IMG/VR virus record: IMGVR_UViG_3300035701_000006
Location: 71,267-135,266 of that record
Source: a virus
Lineage: Duplodnaviria; Heunggongvirae; Uroviricota; Caudoviricetes
Reading direction: 5' to 3' (one strand)
DNA length: 64,000 nt
In this document: positions 54,552 through 64,000 of the stretch, one piece after another
Layout: each line of letters starts with the position of its first letter
Numbering within the stretch: the stretch's first letter is position 1
Notes under the pieces: generated by a model
Told to the model about the DNA's origin: nothing
What the model saw: the letters and a program-made list of their open reading frames with translations, nothing else
Database searches by the model: none
Made by a program: the position numbers and the translations under genes

Positions 54552-57500
54552 ATGGCGAATAACACGTCTGAAATCACGCTGCCGTTCGACGGGCAGGAAT
54601 TTATAGACGCCTCGAGAACTCTGTGGCGCTACGATTCATCGATCCAAGCCTGGCGGCACGTCGGTCCCGTTGAGAACGTCCCGCTTGCTAGCGACATCGC
54701 TACCGGTCTCCTGTCCGCCGTCTTCAAGCAGATGTTGGACAATATTCCGGAGAAGGGCGGCGGCTTCGGAATCGTCGTGAAGCCGTTTCTGTCACTGAAG
54801 TCTCCGACGAATCCTGATGGCGTCATAACGGGTAAGGTCAATGTCATCAGCGATTCGATGGACATTAGCTGCCTCGGAGTAGATGGCAAGCCCCTGATAG
54901 GCGAATGTGGTAGATTCTTGCCGGACGTCGCTCCAGGCTCCGGTGAAGAGGTAAAGCGGCCGTCCATCACGTTCAAGCTGTCGGAGGAGTTCCTCAAGAC
55001 CCTGTGTATCGAGCTCGTGTCGGCTCCGGGTCCGACGGGCAAGAAGGGTGGGCAGGGAGATCCCGGCAAGCCTGGAACTGGCGATGGTCCCCAAGGAGAT
55101 GACGGCGACAGCGGAAAGAATGCTGCGGGTCAGCTTAAATTCGCCGGAATAGACATCCGCGATACGGATGACGTGTTCGACACGGCAGTGACTGCCGTCG
55201 AAGTGGATCAGGAAGGTGGCAAGCTGGCCGTCACCAAGTCGAAGGTTCGTGCCCCAGCGGACGATACACCTGCGACTCAGGCCATCTCGACGCAGATAGA
55301 CAGGTCCATCGAGTTCTCCAGCGGATTCGACTACACCATCTTGATGGCACCGAACGACCCCATTAACAGACCCGATGTCACGATGGTCGGCCTGCCGCAG
55401 GGGTTCGAACCGAATGGTACCAACAAGACGACTCTGAACGCCGTAAGGTTAAGCGCGTTCCTGGGCCTCGTCATCGACGATTACAAGAATCGCCTAGCTA
55501 AGATAGATGAGGCTTATACGAAGGAAATTCACGACTTCATCGTCGACAAGGACGCGAAGGCGCGCGACGCCATCAACAGTCTCGCCTGTCAGCTCTCTGA
55601 GGCTGAATGGAACCTCCCGATAGACTACTGCTGTCTGCCAGGTACGATGATAACGGTAGACAACTTTATAGTAAAGCCAATAGAGGACATTAAGGCGGGC
55701 GAATTGGTTCTTTGTTCGGATGGCAAGATTCACCGGGTGAAGAGGTCAATGGTCCGCCAGGTCGATGAACCCATAGTAGACATCTTGATCAGCGGTGGCG
55801 GCAGGATTCTATCCCTGACCGGTGAACACCCTGTCCTCACGGCTCCGTTTGAAGCAGTACGAAGGAAGGGCCATGGTCGGCGTAGAACCTATCGGCACGA
55901 CATTAGCAAGCAAGATTTCTACTGGTCTGCGGCATTATCTCTCAGGGAGAATGATCTCCTGTTCTCGCCGTATCCGGTGATTCGCTCGACTAGCTTGCCG
56001 CTCGATCTTTGCGAATTCCTAGGCTATTATGCAGCTGAAGGTGATGCAAGAAACTACTGCGTAAGGTTCGGGCTGGGACTACATGAAGGGCGGCTTGCTA
56101 GTAAGATAGCTACCATCGGATTGAGGCTCGGCGCTACTAGCACTAGTGTCAATAGGACGCGATCGTCGATTCAGGTGTGCGTTTATGGCAAGAGGATGTG
56201 TGAAATCTGTGTACAGCACATAGGTAAGGGTGCTAAGAGCAAGGTACTGTCGAAGGAGATAATGGGGCTGCGAGGCCTTGAATTCGCATATTTCGTCAGG
56301 GCACTCTTTGAGGGAGATGGTAGCGTCACTTTCTCTTCTACCGCACCTAGATCACAACTTGCAACCGCATCCGTGAGCATGGCTGAACAAGTTTATTGGC
56401 TCTTGCTCGCGAACGGCATCGTTTCTACCAAATGGTATGGCACATTCCCAGGAGGTCCTAGCAACCGCAGCAAGAGAAGCTTCCAAAGCAGAATCAGTCT
56501 TTCACGCAACGAAACAGCCAAGCTCTGGCCGCAAGTTGGGGGCACTGAGCTATCCATTCCGTCAGGCACGTTCGCTATAGACGGTGGCGTCGCATACCGC
56601 GTGGTAAAGGTGACGAAGAGGAGATATAAGGGATCCGTCTACAATCTGGAAGTGGAAAAGGATAACACGTACATCGCCAACAGTGTTGTCGTGCATAACT
56701 GCCTTGGACTTTCGCCCGGCGATTGCAAGGGTTCGAATGATCCAAAAGAGGCTACGTTCAGGCTGGCGGGAAGCATATTCGGCCCATCATTCTGCGAGAC
56801 GTCCAAGGCTGAAGATCTTGGTACTTATTACGTCCCTGCGGGTGCGGGTCAGTCCAGACCCCTCGTCGAGGTGAAGTACCCCAATAGCGGAGGCATGTCC
56901 TCGACGCAGCTTCCCGTCGGGGGTTATATCGTGGTCTACGAGGGTGGCACGTTGAAGGACGCCTCGAGACCGGACCTCGGTAACTTCGTTGGTAGGCCCG
57001 ATATCGGATTTGGCCTCACAGTTAGCTTCATCGGTGTTGGTGGTAGTATCAAGATAATCCCAGACATCACATCCTGCGACAGGAATGATCCCGTCAGCGT
57101 TGAGGCGGCCTACCGCAACGCTGATATCAGTAAGAAATCTGTCTGGGCGATCCTGACTGCAGTCCCTAAGATCAACCTCGCAGCAAAGATGCCGGCCCCC
57201 TATGACAATCCCTCTGGCGTCATCGCCGTGCATATTTATCGCGTGCTACCCTGTGACGCCGGCGATGTGTACTTTGGTAGCGCCACGTATGGGGTTGATC
57301 CGGAGCATTCAAGCACCATGATCGCCCAGGTCCTGCGAAAAGCGGGGTCTATTGGCATGATGACGGTCGACTTCGCGACGAAGGATGGGGCTGCCATTGC
57401 TGGTACCGATTACACCGCGCAGAACGGTACGCTCAGCTTTGGTGAAGGCGAACTTGTAAAGATCATCACCATTCAGATAGCTCACTCAGAAGACGGCGAA

Positions 57501-57605
57501 GGCGGAATAAAGTCGTTCACGATCTCCCTGAGCAACCCGCAAGGAGGCGGCCTCGGCGATCTTACTACGACGACCATGGAGATACTCTATTCCGAGTACG
57601 CATAA
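54552..57605 (+). CDS. intein-containing collagen-like / Calx-beta domain protein (putative structural)
   Basis: G-X-Y run GPTGKKGGQGDPGKPGTGDGPQGDDGDSGK; C-terminal Calx-beta-like MMTVDFATKDGAAIAGTDYTAQNGTLSFGEGE; interrupted by intein. Confidence 0.7.
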   Translation: MANNTSEITLPFDGQEFIDASRTLWRYDSSIQAWRHVGPVENVPLASDIATGLLSAVFKQMLDNIPEKGGGFGIVVKPFLSLKSPTNPDGVITGKVNVISDSMDISCLGVDGKPLIGECGRFLPDVAPGSGEEVKRPSITFKLSEEFLKTLCIELVSAPGPTGKKGGQGDPGKPGTGDGPQGDDGDSGKNAAGQLKFAGIDIRDTDDVFDTAVTAVEVDQEGGKLAVTKSKVRAPADDTPATQAISTQIDRSIEFSSGFDYTILMAPNDPINRPDVTMVGLPQGFEPNGTNKTTLNAVRLSAFLGLVIDDYKNRLAKIDEAYTKEIHDFIVDKDAKARDAINSLACQLSEAEWNLPIDYCCLPGTMITVDNFIVKPIEDIKAGELVLCSDGKIHRVKRSMVRQVDEPIVDILISGGGRILSLTGEHPVLTAPFEAVRRKGHGRRRTYRHDISKQDFYWSAALSLRENDLLFSPYPVIRSTSLPLDLCEFLGYYAAEGDARNYCVRFGLGLHEGRLASKIATIGLRLGATSTSVNRTRSSIQVCVYGKRMCEICVQHIGKGAKSKVLSKEIMGLRGLEFAYFVRALFEGDGSVTFSSTAPRSQLATASVSMAEQVYWLLLANGIVSTKWYGTFPGGPSNRSKRSFQSRISLSRNETAKLWPQVGGTELSIPSGTFAIDGGVAYRVVKVTKRRYKGSVYNLEVEKDNTYIANSVVVHNCLGLSPGDCKGSNDPKEATFRLAGSIFGPSFCETSKAEDLGTYYVPAGAGQSRPLVEVKYPNSGGMSSTQLPVGGYIVVYEGGTLKDASRPDLGNFVGRPDIGFGLTVSFIGVGGSIKIIPDITSCDRNDPVSVEAAYRNADISKKSVWAILTAVPKINLAAKMPAPYDNPSGVIAVHIYRVLPCDAGDVYFGSATYGVDPEHSSTMIAQVLRKAGSIGMMTVDFATKDGAAIAGTDYTAQNGTLSFGEGELVKIITIQIAHSEDGEGGIKSFTISLSNPQGGGLGDLTTTTMEILYSEYA
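55632..56699 (+). mobile_element. intein (Hint domain) with LAGLIDADG homing endonuclease
   Basis: block A CLPGTMITVDNF, block B LTGEHPVLT, LAGLIDADG-type motifs GYYAAEGD and LFEGDGSV, block F/G VYNLEVEKDNTYIANSVVVHN followed by +1 Cys. Confidence 0.75.
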
Positions 57606-60307
57606 TGAGCTTGATTCCGATAAAATTTCCGCCGAACCCCAGCGACGGGATGATCTTCGAGATCCTTCCCGGCGTGTATTACCAGTACGAAAAGGGGACG
57701 AACTGCTGGATTAAGCTGGACGGTTATGACACCATCGGTCCTGCGACTCCGGTACAAGACGGTATTATGGAGTCTGTGGACTATAAGAAGCTCATCGGTC
57801 TCATCGTTCCCCCGCCGATCATCGCGCTGAAGCCGGAAGACTGTGAGGTCTGGCTCGATACCGGCACGATAGACTTCAGGACTGCGGACGACTTCGTGAC
57901 CATTGAGGGTAGCGTGAACCTGACCCATGGGGGTCAGATCCTCAACGAGCCCTGGCACATCGTGGGAAACGTCTGGGGAATAGACTTCGGCATTGACCTT
58001 GCCGAGTTACTAAAAGAAGTGGAAAATCGCGGGAACCTCACGCGCCGCATGAGGCCAGGCGAGACCGGCGACCAGGGGGATAAGGGTATAAGCGGCTCTG
58101 ACAATCTCGACACGGGGCCGGTAGGCGACGTCGGAGCGGACGGCACGAACGCGCCGTTTGGCGGCATCGTGACGGATGAGCCAACGAGCCTGGAGACGGT
58201 CGGAGAGAAGAACGTCGCCATCGTCGACGTCACGACGGAAGAGAACAATAAGGAAGGCCGCATTGTCATTACGAGGGCTAACGTTGGCAACCCGCTCGCC
58301 TGCCCGTCGGAGATCATTCCAAAACCACCCAAGAGCCCCTGGGCGCTAATCCTGAACGATAACCCGAGTAAGGCTATCTTCACGAAGGAAAGAGCTGTCA
58401 ACACGGATTGCGCCGTATCGTGCCACATCTGCGTCAATTTGCATTACCTCTATATCGATCCGATCCTCCAAGCGATCTACAATAGGTTCGTTGAGCTCGT
58501 TCTGGCGCTCAAGAAGCAGAAGGAAGACGTCGTCAAGTCGTGGCTGACTACGATGCTGACCGTCTACAACAAGCAAAAGGCCGCCCTCTGCTGCGCTATT
58601 GAGAACTACACGTCGAGGCAGAGGAACGCGAACGCGAGACAGCGCATCGAGGACCAGAGGATTTCCGCCGCGATGGGCGACTTCAGCCTCATCGTCGACG
58701 GGGCTGGCGACCGCGAGCAGATGGACATGGATCCGGAGAAGACGTGCAAGGGAGGCAGCCAGGCGAAGACAGGTGGGACGGACTGCAAGACATGCCAGCT
58801 CGAAATGACGATCGACGGGAAGGTGAACGGATCGCCGCAGACAGCTGTGACTGGCGAGCTTCCTGCCGGGGCCTACGTCGCAGAGATAACGACCTGCTGC
58901 ATCAACAAGGCTGGCAACACCGGCAAGTGGACGGGGAAGGCAGCGCTGGGATACGTCACTTCTCACGACTGCCAAGTCGACAACTTCGATCCGTTTAAGC
59001 CTCTCGGCGATTCGTCGAGGCACGTTACGGTCTATTTCCCTGATTTCGGCGATTTTTCGACGAACAACCAGGCCGAATCTGTGTACAAGAATCAGACGCT
59101 CAGTTTTAACCATAATGGCGGGGAGATCAAGGCTTGGCTTGATGACACTTACCTGCAGGACAATTCCGGAAATATTGTCATCTGCATCAGACCGGCGAGT
59201 TGCTACAGGGCTCCACAGGGTCCTATCAATCTGACTTCGGGCCACACGCTGGAGGATATCATCAACGTCTTCGATACGGATACGTCGCCGAACAACCTCA
59301 TCGGGGCGGGCTTGCCGTTCCTCGGGTCCATGAACACCGTCCAGAACTATTCCTACGGCGAGAAGCATACGGGGTCTGCTTGTGACCCGACGGACGTAGA
59401 CTGCGACGAGTACGGTCCGAACCTGACATTCGGCCCGCCTCTCATGCGGAATGAACTCAGGTTCTTCTTCTACGACGGATCTGATGGACTGTCTCTCTGC
59501 TTCGTCATCAACAAGAAGAACCTGAGCGACATCCAGCATACCATCAAGATGCAGATGTCCGTCGACGAGAATTCAGCTCCGGTCAATATCATGGTCTCAG
59601 ATGAGCCGGGGGAGTTCGGTGGCGGTCCTGACAATTTCGTGGGCGAATTCGCCTATCCTGGGACGCTTGGTGTCGTCCATGGGGATGGCGGCGTCATCGG
59701 CTACCTCGACAAGACGAACGCGCACTGGAACGTCAGGGTCAAGTTCCTTGACCTCGGCAACCTACAGCGCGTCAGGTTCATGAGCAGTGAAGGGACGGTC
59801 ACCACCATCGCAGCGACCTCCTATACGGATAACGAGCTCCCAGACCTGCCGCCGGGGGCACCCGGCATCTCCACCGCCTTAAAGGACAGGACCTTCATCT
59901 TTAGTCCGACGGGTCCCGGATGCTACATGCCAGCAACGCAACTTGATTGGTATATCCGCGGGCTCAGGATCGGAGCCTGTTGCGCGGCCGTCATCGACGT
60001 CAGCGGCACGACTTGGGCCGTTATCAAGCGGTCCATCGGTCCTGACGGTACGTGCGGCGGTGGCGAGAGTCTCGGATCAGAATGCATCAGTAGATTCATA
60101 GACGGGCGCGGGCATCCGAGCATTGCTTGGCCCGTTACGCTTCCGAGCCTTGAAGGCATCGGTATGCCGACGTCCGGAGAAGTCCACTTCGTTGAGGATG
60201 CGGAGTTGGAATCCACATTCATGAGCAAGATCCAGGCGGGGCAGGTTATCATGTCCATCGGCGACCTCTCAGAGCATACCTTCATCCTGTTCCCGAAGAT
60301 GTTCTAG
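57605..60307 (+). CDS. collagen-like repeat-containing large protein (putative structural paralog)
   Basis: GETGDQGDKGISGSDNLDTGPVGDVGADGTN G-X-Y segment; 900 aa; TAG stop in frame with next ORF. Confidence 0.55.
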   Translation: MSLIPIKFPPNPSDGMIFEILPGVYYQYEKGTNCWIKLDGYDTIGPATPVQDGIMESVDYKKLIGLIVPPPIIALKPEDCEVWLDTGTIDFRTADDFVTIEGSVNLTHGGQILNEPWHIVGNVWGIDFGIDLAELLKEVENRGNLTRRMRPGETGDQGDKGISGSDNLDTGPVGDVGADGTNAPFGGIVTDEPTSLETVGEKNVAIVDVTTEENNKEGRIVITRANVGNPLACPSEIIPKPPKSPWALILNDNPSKAIFTKERAVNTDCAVSCHICVNLHYLYIDPILQAIYNRFVELVLALKKQKEDVVKSWLTTMLTVYNKQKAALCCAIENYTSRQRNANARQRIEDQRISAAMGDFSLIVDGAGDREQMDMDPEKTCKGGSQAKTGGTDCKTCQLEMTIDGKVNGSPQTAVTGELPAGAYVAEITTCCINKAGNTGKWTGKAALGYVTSHDCQVDNFDPFKPLGDSSRHVTVYFPDFGDFSTNNQAESVYKNQTLSFNHNGGEIKAWLDDTYLQDNSGNIVICIRPASCYRAPQGPINLTSGHTLEDIINVFDTDTSPNNLIGAGLPFLGSMNTVQNYSYGEKHTGSACDPTDVDCDEYGPNLTFGPPLMRNELRFFFYDGSDGLSLCFVINKKNLSDIQHTIKMQMSVDENSAPVNIMVSDEPGEFGGGPDNFVGEFAYPGTLGVVHGDGGVIGYLDKTNAHWNVRVKFLDLGNLQRVRFMSSEGTVTTIAATSYTDNELPDLPPGAPGISTALKDRTFIFSPTGPGCYMPATQLDWYIRGLRIGACCAAVIDVSGTTWAVIKRSIGPDGTCGGGESLGSECISRFIDGRGHPSIAWPVTLPSLEGIGMPTSGEVHFVEDAELESTFMSKIQAGQVIMSIGDLSEHTFILFPKMF

Positions 60308-60316
60308 GGGGGAGAC

Positions 60317-60703
60317 GTGCGACTACATACGCTTCACGAGGAGATAAAACCCAATCCGTATCCCATCCGATGGGACGAGATACCGGCAAGCAGGTTCATA
60401 GACACCACGATTAAAGCATCTCCATCGTATAATACCATAGAGATCGCTGAGTATTCCGACGGAGTTTTCATTGTTACCATGCCTACTTGGATGGTCCAGG
60501 GAATAAAGCATGTCTTGGTCAGGGACGGGATGGCGTTCACAGAGCAGCAGGAGATTACGAATAGGTATTTGGGCTTCCATACGTTAGAATACGATGATTG
60601 GATGAAACTACGCAGAAAGGATCCAAAAGATGTGGAAATCATTAAGCTCGCCATAAAAGAGCTCAGGGACGAGAACCAGTGGATTGGTGATTACTACTAT
60701 TGA
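60317..60703 (+). CDS. hypothetical protein
   Basis: GTG start after GGGGGGAG. Confidence 0.4.
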   Translation: MRLHTLHEEIKPNPYPIRWDEIPASRFIDTTIKASPSYNTIEIAEYSDGVFIVTMPTWMVQGIKHVLVRDGMAFTEQQEITNRYLGFHTLEYDDWMKLRRKDPKDVEIIKLAIKELRDENQWIGDYYY

Positions 60704-60709
60704 GTTCTA

Positions 60710-61321
60710 GTGAGGAAATTCGACAGTAGATATGTTATGCTCAAGCTCAAGGAATCACAATTCTGCGGCCTTAGCCGCGCAGCCGATTGGCTTCTCTGGC
60801 TGAAGGATAACGCACTGGATCTATATGAGGATCTGAGAACGTTCCACAAGATGGGCCGCGGATGCAAGGCGAATCGAGAGAGGATGATGTTCATCCGCGA
60901 CAGCCTCTACAAGAGAAGCCTCGGGGAGAAGTTTGAGCAGTTCGTCATGATGCGATATCCGAATCTCATCGTGAGGGAAGAGCTCCCGCCAGTTCCGACT
61001 CGCCAGACGAGACAGAACACGGCTCCCGTACTACCCATTCCGCTGCAGTCCAGAAACGTCAAACTAAACAAGCACAATGTATTCAGATTCTATAGGCCTG
61101 AAATGCTCACGTTTCCGCATAAGGTCATCATACAGAATAACAATAAGGAAGAACTGGAACGGCTCGTCAGGGAATTTACGGGCAAGATGATCGGCGTCAA
61201 TATCCTGACCATCGACGACACAGCTTATATTGAATATCTCCTACCAAAGTTCGTTGATGTCATACCCAAGCTCACTCCGCAGATGTATGAGACGAAGGCC
61301 TACAGAGTCGCCCATAATTAG
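60710..61321 (+). CDS. hypothetical protein
   Basis: 203-aa ORF. Confidence 0.4.
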   Translation: MRKFDSRYVMLKLKESQFCGLSRAADWLLWLKDNALDLYEDLRTFHKMGRGCKANRERMMFIRDSLYKRSLGEKFEQFVMMRYPNLIVREELPPVPTRQTRQNTAPVLPIPLQSRNVKLNKHNVFRFYRPEMLTFPHKVIIQNNNKEELERLVREFTGKMIGVNILTIDDTAYIEYLLPKFVDVIPKLTPQMYETKAYRVAHN

Positions 61322-61380
61322 TATTTAGATTCTGTAGATAATTATACTACTAAAAGCAGTTCATGGAGCAAAAATAAAAT

Positions 61381-62115
61381 ATGAGATCTAGAGTATTACA
61401 ACTTACGCAATTCCTACCCGGTATTGGGTACCATGCTGTCTGCGGTGTATTCGAATCAAGTCGCGGACTATCTCCAGACGGACGTTGGTATGGTGCCGTT
61501 GATATGGGCAGGCGGCGCTACAGGGTCATTCTCGACGGGGAAGATGCGGTTCTGGCACACGAAGATGCCCAGGCCAGACCTATACTCGAGGACGCCGAAG
61601 CCAATCCGCTCTTTGAGACAGTGTCCGCGGGTGCGGTTGCCGACTTTACGGGTGGTGGTCCTGATTTCGCCGAGTCGTACAACGACAACTACGAAATGCC
61701 GATGGGATACAGGGAGCGGACATCCCAACGACACGCCGACGGACGCCCAACGTTCGGGACTCCACCGTTCGGACCTCCCATCGACGAAGATGACCCCGGG
61801 GATGACCCGCGCAAATGGTCGGAAATCAGGAAAAGCTCTTCGACGATGGTTTACTCGAAGAGCGATGGCAAGAGCGTCAGTGTCCTGGAAATTTCGGATG
61901 TCGGAGATGGCGCGCTTGCGAGGTCATCCGCTTATCCAATCAATGATCTGGACGGCTTCAGCCCTGCCATCGCGGCCATCATAGGTAAGGACGAGGCGAC
62001 GTGGCGTGAGGCACCGGCTCACGACCGCGCTTACGCGATGCTCATGTACGATGGTGGTCAGCATGAGACCGAGTACGGCAGTGTTGAAGAAGCTATAAAG
62101 TCAGAGATCGGCTAA
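61381..62115 (+). CDS. hypothetical protein
   Basis: 244-aa ORF. Confidence 0.4.
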   Translation: MRSRVLQLTQFLPGIGYHAVCGVFESSRGLSPDGRWYGAVDMGRRRYRVILDGEDAVLAHEDAQARPILEDAEANPLFETVSAGAVADFTGGGPDFAESYNDNYEMPMGYRERTSQRHADGRPTFGTPPFGPPIDEDDPGDDPRKWSEIRKSSSTMVYSKSDGKSVSVLEISDVGDGALARSSAYPINDLDGFSPAIAAIIGKDEATWREAPAHDRAYAMLMYDGGQHETEYGSVEEAIKSEIG

Positions 62116-62694
62116 CCTACCGAGCGAGCCTCCCGTCGAAAATATAGCTGGAGGCTATATGAAGGTCACCCTGGACATAAAGATGGAGCTTGGGAAGGCA
62201 TCGATAGGCAGCAGGAAGCTATTTAAGTTCCTAGTGGACAGGTACTTTAGGGACGGTGAGAGCTTATTTAACGTTGATGATGAAGTTCCTGGGTTGGAGT
62301 CTCAGGAAGCTTCTGAAGCCATGGAGGAACTCATCCGGCGCGGCTTCGCGTTCAGGGTCGCTGCGCAGCCCGGGGTCATTAAGCTGAATCGTACGCGGCT
62401 TGATTCCATTCGTCCGAAAGGTACCAATGCGACTCAGTAGCCTGTACGAGACAGTGGGTACGCAGTGCATCGCCATAAGGCCTATGCCATTCTTTCGGAG
62501 GCCCAAGAGAAAGAAGGAAAGCAAGAACATCCTCACTCCGACGGATCAGCAGTATGCCTCCGGCGGCCCACAACCGCCGACGGAAAGGAAACCCCAGGCA
62601 AAGACATATCTCATGCGGCGCGCGAGGGTTTATACAAGTTAACGAAGAAGTGGCTATTAGAGTATATAGTTGTAGCAATAGCCACGGAGGAAAC

Positions 62695-63064
62695 CATGCC
62701 AGAGAAAGTAGCACCGTACGAGGAGCCGGTCCGTCATGCGGCACTCGGCCAGCAGCCGTTGCCGCATCAGCCGAAAGAAGTGTGGCGAATCGATGTGTAC
62801 GGCTCTGTGCCGCACATCGACCCAATGACGTATTTCATGACTAGCGGAGAGGCGGTCGTAAAGGCGAAGAGATTGGAAGCGGATCTGTGGCAGGCAGCTG
62901 CAAAGGCTCGTAAGTTCGCCAACCTGCTGCAGAAGACGAAGGGCAAGAACAAGTATCTGGAGCTGGAACTCGTCGGCGGTGGTATCGTCCTTGTCAAGAC
63001 AAAGAACAGCCGCCCGAATCCGCGGCTGTTAATGAAGAAGCCCAATGATCACCCTAGCCCTTGA
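62695..63064 (+). CDS. hypothetical protein
   Basis: GGAGGAAACC before ATG (MPEKVAPYEEP). Confidence 0.35.
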
Positions 63065-63680
63065 AGGTATCGACTTCTCTGGTAAGTCGACGCAGGTTGA
63101 TCTCTTGTTAAAGGAACTGAAAGCGAAGTCGAAGAACGCTCTCTCCTTTAAGAGGCCCGGTGGTACGCCGCTTGGTGACAAGATCAGGGAGCTTATCAAA
63201 TTCTCGCCGATCAAGATCGACTGGCAAACCGAGCAACTTCTCTTCGCCGCGGAACACAGTACCCTCATCAAGAGCCTGTCCACCTGCTCAGTGACGCCGG
63301 AGCTTCAAATTGACCTCATCGTCTTCGACAGGTGGAATCCAGTATCTGCCGTGGCTTACGGATCGCAGGCTGGCCTCAGCGTGGATTACCTCCGCCAGCT
63401 CTATTCGCTGACCCCGTCGTTCAAGCTGGATTTCTTGTTTATCATGGACATTCCGTGGGAGGAAGCAAAGAAAAGATCTGCGGCCAGAAGCGAGACGTGC
63501 AAGATAGAACAGCGCGGTGACGAGTACATGAGCGCGGTGTACGGTGCCTATTCCAAGATGTTCGACACGAGCGGGTATCTAACGTTCGTGGCGCAGTTCG
63601 CTTCTAAGGTCGTGAGGATTGACGCGACTGCTAGCGCAGCTGAGATTCACGGGATGATCAAGGACGTGTGCGGAATCTGA
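63045..63680 (+). CDS. tmk: thymidylate kinase
   Basis: P-loop LEGIDFSGKST and FKRPGGTPLGDKIRE dTMP-kinase motifs. Confidence 0.65.
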   Translation: MITLALEGIDFSGKSTQVDLLLKELKAKSKNALSFKRPGGTPLGDKIRELIKFSPIKIDWQTEQLLFAAEHSTLIKSLSTCSVTPELQIDLIVFDRWNPVSAVAYGSQAGLSVDYLRQLYSLTPSFKLDFLFIMDIPWEEAKKRSAARSETCKIEQRGDEYMSAVYGAYSKMFDTSGYLTFVAQFASKVVRIDATASAAEIHGMIKDVCGI

Positions 63681-64000
63681 AGAAGTCAAGGATTCCCTTG
63701 AAGATCGACAGGTCCGCGCTGCTGGATTTGGTGACTTCGAGCGGGTAAAGACCCTGCTGCAATAACTTGAAAATTGCCATTTCACCGGATTCAGCGTTCA
63801 GGGATCCGGTTACTACGGTGCTGGACAGCGTGTCTTTGCCATCCTTTCGGATGACCTTAGCTGCTCTGTAACTCCACTTGAAAGATTCGGTCATGGCCGA
63901 TTCTGCCCCTATCAAGGTTTATCATCCATTCGGTTATCTACACGTGAAATACGACAAGGTCTTAGTAGACCACAAGTTTGAGTTGAAGTTTGCAAAAGCT

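Noticed and set aside
1-64000. Genome-wide TAG-to-sense recoding (code 15-like), as in some megaphages
   Set aside because: Many well-supported genes end at TAG with sensible lengths (pncB, the 16818, 18615 and 57605 ORFs). TAG therefore functions as a stop generally. Only the PTH2 start region shows an early in-frame TAG.

Overview
This window is a dense, bidirectionally coded accessory region of a large tailed phage, or prophage, of a bacterial host. Sigma-70 consensus promoters and Shine-Dalgarno sites are readable. The window is about 55% GC, and TAG, TGA and TAA all serve as stops.

The dominant feature is a very large RNA-gene island from about 20.6 to 53.1 kb:
- About 44 tRNA or tRNA-like genes, almost all on the minus strand. 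They cover most amino acids, and one plus-strand amber-suppressor tRNA has a CUA anticodon.
- A tmRNA (ssrA-like) on the minus strand.
- A Ro60/Rsr (TROVE plus vWA) protein gene with an adjacent Y-RNA-like element.
- A family of six structured RNA units among the tRNAs that share a conserved terminal helix with compensatory base changes. Several enclose tRNA-like cores whose acceptor stem is closed by a GNRA loop, which resembles a circularly permuted tRNA or a YrlA-type Y RNA.

Other notable content:
- A PTH2-type peptidyl-tRNA hydrolase gene behind a perfect sigma-70 promoter, with an in-frame TAG as codon 3.
- A reverse transcriptase preceded by a 16-bp inverted-repeat-flanked structured region, which looks retron-like.
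- A collagen-like, Calx-beta protein interrupted by a canonical intein carrying a LAGLIDADG homing endonuclease, plus a collagen-like paralog.
- NAD salvage genes (nicotinate phosphoribosyltransferase pncB and nicotinamidase pncA) and a NADAR-domain protein.
- A glycosyltransferase and methyltransferase cluster that includes a fused glycosyltransferase-methyltransferase.
- Three paralogous HNH endonucleases and a NUMOD3 DNA-binding protein.
- SPFH/band-7, acyl carrier protein, cold-shock-domain, MBL-fold (RNase Z-like?) and thymidylate kinase genes.
- Many hypothetical and putative structural proteins.

All tRNA folds and anticodons were parsed by eye and need tRNAscan-SE or Infernal confirmation. 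Functional calls rest on recognised sequence motifs only.
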